Source: Eledone cirrhosa
Lineage: Eukaryota
DNA: 64,000 nt
Reading direction: 5' to 3'
Assembly: GCA_964016885.1 (NCBI GenBank)
Contig: OZ024749.1
Coordinates: 2,914,001-2,978,000, forward strand
Shown: piece by piece, positions 59,650 through 64,000 of the stretch
How positions within the stretch are numbered: the first letter of the stretch is position 1
How the letters are laid out: each line of letters opens with the position of its first letter
Program-made: the position numbers and the translations under genes
Notes under the pieces: model-generated
The model's database searches: none
Seen by the model: the letters and a program-made list of their open reading frames with translations, nothing else
Told to the model about the DNA's origin: nothing

Positions 59650-59964
59650 AAGCCGTAAAAATTTCAATGATAGTAGGACCGTAACTCTTTGCTGCAAAGC
59701 ATGGCGTCAGACCCTATACTGATACTGCCATTCCACCGCCCAGTAGTGGTAATAATAGCACGAAAATAAAGACGATATATGAGAGGCGATATGTTGGTCT
59801 CTTGTAGATTGTTGAGTTGAAGCCGTACTAATATGGTGGGTTGAGTTCATGAATTGGCGAAATAAAAGTGATAAAAAATAATAAAAGTTAAAATAAAAAG
59901 TAGAAGATAAAGTTTGCAATTTTCAACTGTTGAAAATTGCAAACTTAACTGTCACCACACATTA

Positions 59965-60003
59965 TGAACCTGAAGATTGCGAAAGAATGAAAGTACTTGT
60001 TCA
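59965..60003 (+). ncRNA. Minimal type-I HHR
   Basis: TGAAC-CTGAAGA-ttgcgaaagaat-GAAA-GTAC-TT|GTTCA; palindromic AGTACT stem III; preceded by a perfect hairpin at 59910-59946. Confidence 0.75.
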
Positions 60004-60185
60004 ATTAACACTTAACATTTAATATTCTACCATACTATTTCATTATAATACCATTATAAATTTTAAAGCATTGTAAATAAAACCAGTAAATCAGACAAAG
60101 TTGTAATTCCTCTTATTAATATAATCTTCTATACACAACCATACACACCCGTGTATATTTCTCTCTCTCTGTCTCTGTCTCTCTC

Positions 60186-60218
<33 letters not shown>

Positions 60219-60219
60219 G

Positions 60220-60265
<46 letters not shown>

Positions 60266-60334
60266 ATATACATATATATATATATATCGACAAGAAGTGT
60301 AAGTCATCAGCTTAAAATTAACTTCGTTTATTCA

Positions 60335-60384
60335 TATTATTTCAGTGATAACCATTAGTCAACAGCTATGACCTCATCAGGCAG
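60335..60384 (-). ncRNA. HHR-like core with good stem II but no obvious stem I
   Basis: Minus strand CTGATGA-GGTcATAGCTGTTG ac TAATGGTTATcACT-GAAA-taata. Confidence 0.45.
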
Positions 60385-62698
60385 CTAGAACAGAAACACA
60401 TAATTCTTTCTACTTTTGGCACAAGGCCAGCAATTACCCAGTGTATTACTGGTACTGATGGGAGAAAGTTTACCCACGTTATTTCGATTCTTTGATATTC
60501 CCAGCTCCGAAGTATGGTGTTGTTTTCTCAAACAACTGTTGGTATATGAATTAGAATGAACGAATTCAAGCATCCCAAGGATATACCTTCTTCTCATCGG
60601 TCAGATACTGTATTAACACTCCAGTACCAAGTCTATTGAGTTTCTTAATTTAGTTATCCTTGAAAGAGGTCAGTCTGTTCGGGTTGTTTTTAAGAAACCG
60701 GTATAATAACTGTATATACCTAGAAAATAGAGGTGTCCTGGTCGAGCTGACCTTGTTGACCTTAGTGGCAGTGGTGTAAACTGTTCAACCAGCACCACTC
60801 ATTTTGCGCTAGTATTGCAATATTTAGTGAAGAATGTATGCGTGTAACCAGATATGGGTTCGTGTGCGAGTGTGAATGCTTATCCATATCAAGAGTCCTG
60901 ATATTAATAGAAGGTAGAATCATAATTTATAGGTGTTAAAATTGTAACTGTTAAAAAATTATAAATCATATTGTAAACACACATCTACGTACCTACACAC
61001 ATACACACAAATATATATATATACATGCACATACGCACATATATCTATAGATACATATATGTATATGTGTGTGTGTATGTCTGTGTGTGTGTGTGTATCT
61101 GTGTCTGTGTGTGTGTGTTTGTGTATGGGGATGTACGTGCGTGTATTTGACTACGTCTGTGTATATATGTCAAGATTACTTGTAGAAATTATTTCAAACG
61201 TAATAGTTAATAAAGTTTAATCATTTCATTTGAATGATCTCCAGACAATCTTCACAAACTCTTTCATGGCAACTTTAAGAACTTTAGTCACCTTTAATAG
61301 TTTTACTTCTAACAACGTCACCACCGAAAAACTGTAAATGCTATAAAAGAAATTTGCAAACATCTGCTTTCAAAAATTGCTTTAATTGATATATGTTGGG
61401 CACCTAGTAAACATATTTATCAATATGAACTTAATGAAATTAAAATAAACATTTAATGAGGAATATTCAAAAATTATTCACTAGAGCAAAGGTTCATAAA
61501 ATTTTTCTTTAGATTGCTACAAATTATAGAAATTTATTGACGCAATAAAATGGATTTGAAAATGTTCAAGTACATAATAACGAGATTAATAAATTTACAC
61601 AATAAAATGAAATAAAATAAAATGAAATATATTAGTTATTAAATTTATCTAAATTTCATTCAACATTAATTAATTAGCTGTGTTGAATTTAGAAAAAATG
61701 CAAATGACAATTTGTTATGATCATTATATCAGGAAGAGTGCATGGAAAATTGGCTTATCTGCAATCCAATGCTTCTTGTATAATTAAGCTGCCGTAATAA
61801 CAATAATGTATCTCAAAGCAGCTATGAAGAGGTACTAATATAACATGACAAGAATGTATTCTATGGCGTGTTGCATGATATAACATAATAACATCACATG
61901 GACTAGATACAATTTCGTGAATGCATTGTTGTATTCAAAGTTGTTACATACAGTTTACGGTATTCGACTCATGAGTTCACAACTCAGTTTAATCCTCGTT
62001 TCTCCAGTTAATTCAGCACGAGAAAAATCCCTTGAATCAAGGTTTCCGTTAAAGTTACACGTATTAAAACTAGAACGTTCTTCGTCGGTAGTGTCAGAAT
62101 CCTGACACACAGGCATACAACGTAGTTAGTGTCCGAGCAGCCAATCCTGATAATACATTTTCAGCACACTATTGACGTTATTCTTATTATAGAAATATAT
62201 TCGATTATATTAATAACTTATACCTTATATCTATGTAGATGTTAATCTTCCCACAACAAATAAATGCCCCAATGAATGCACAATTGCTTTTTCTCCCCCA
62301 TTTACCTCTAACATTATATCTTTATATTTCATCATGTTGTCTTCTGGTGTAGAAATAATCCCTGGAGACATAAAATTACTCTCCCGGCTATATCAAGTGT
62401 TAGACTAACATATTACCTTATTGTACTGTGTTATTTGTTTAGCTGCTTCTTCACTTTGTAGACCTACATACATACATTTATACATATGAACATACACACA
62501 TCTATTTAAGTTGCATTACTAACTTGTTGTTTGTTTCCTTTCCCTTGTTTTCTTCTGTCCCGATAACTTAATTTAGTTATCACTCGCACTCATTTTAGGT
62601 ATCTAGTCTTTAATGCGAAGAAATACCAACGTTAATCAGCAGACTACTGATGAAGGACATTCCTGTTTGTTGGTTTATTTTTATTCATATATATATAG

Positions 62699-62842
<144 letters not shown>

Positions 62843-62865
62843 GAATAAAAATAGACTAAGAAACA

Positions 62866-62928
<63 letters not shown>

Positions 62929-63070
62929 TATATATGTATATGTATATATATATGAATAAAAATAGACTAAGAAACAAGAATATATATATATATATATAGA
63001 ACGGGTAAAATTCCCGAGATCCATGGACGAGTTCTCTCCAGCGGTCATAACCATAAATAGTATACTTAAT

Positions 63071-63132
<62 letters not shown>

Positions 63133-63319
63133 TATGTATATTCAGCCTTAATAAAATCATTATTAAAACTCAGCCTCGGTTTTGAGAACTCCATTCTCTC
63201 ATCCGTCAATCATATACAGAATATGTATATATATTTAACATGTAAACGAATCTTCCTTGCTTTTCTATTATACACACACACACACACACACGTATATATA
63301 TATATATATATATGTATAT

Positions 63320-63461
63320 ACGGGTAGAACACTGGAAGGTGATATCCGTAGTGTGTAGAGCACTCAGTCTATGGGACGAGTTAGTTAGAAGTGGTAATAC
63401 AAGAGTTAGTTCACCATACTGAGAACAGTATGGTGAACTAACTGTTGTGTTACCACTTCTA
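63320..63461. mobile_element. Miniature fold-back of the 38951-40345 PLE terminus (arms 63386-63421 / 63426-63461)
   Basis: AGTTAGTTCACCATACTG-agaa-CAGTATGGTGAACTAACT; the extended arm matches the reverse complement of 40254-40323. Confidence 0.88.
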
Positions 63462-63863
63462 TATATATATATATAATAATTTTATATATGTATATATATA
63501 TGTGTCTATTATTGGAGTTCACATGCAACAATATTGGTTTAATTCATGCAGGTAATTTGCGATGAAATATTCAAATTCTATTCCCAATATATATATATAT
63601 AATTCTCGCTGAATTCATATTTTTATATATATATATATTTATATATTTATATATATATATACTAGTGTCAAGGAGACTATTTATGGTTATGTATATACTA
63701 AAATCTTTTATAGTTATATATATTTTAAACCCTAAATAGTGAAAGACAGTAATTTATTACTATCTTATTTTAATAAATATTTGCTCTAGCGTTCTTATAT
63801 ATTTGATATATATTTATTCTTATCGAGCCCTCTTTGGATTTTAGTCTTCAAATTTATTATTAT

Positions 63864-63940
<77 letters not shown>

Positions 63941-64000
63941 TTCAATATATTAATAAATATAGACATTCAACGTAATCAAAATATATTTTATTATATAGAT

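Noticed and set aside
60460-62620. Host exons in the less repetitive stretches (also 29000-29700, 30500-32300)
   Set aside because: No recognisable protein motif or convincing splice-bounded ORF; small exons cannot be excluded without RNA-seq.

Overview
AT-rich, microsatellite-saturated animal DNA with one 200-N gap (49121-49320). The SINE types and (TA)n density suggest a cephalopod/octopus-like genome (inference). No host gene exon can be supported; nearly all ORFs in the track are translations of simple repeats. The real coding remnants are retroelements: about eight Penelope-like element (PLE) copies or fragments (RT and/or GIY-YIG), an R4/Dong-like RT-RLE fragment, a Tx1/L1-like 3' end and RTE-like 3' ends. 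tRNA-derived SINEs, Helitron-like ends and minisatellites are also present. The main unexplained signal is about 30 type-I hammerhead ribozyme (HHR)-like motifs read by eye on both strands. Most lie in short non-coding, asymmetric fold-back elements inserted in (TA)n tracts. Several show stem-II covariation, the compensatory U3-A8 core, or a recurrent U4A core. Two hairpin families can be traced inside this window to PLE coding remnants. HHRs in PLE terminal repeats are known; the density, the inherited hairpin architecture and the core variants are what deserve follow-up. All alignments and folds were done by eye, so boundaries are approximate.
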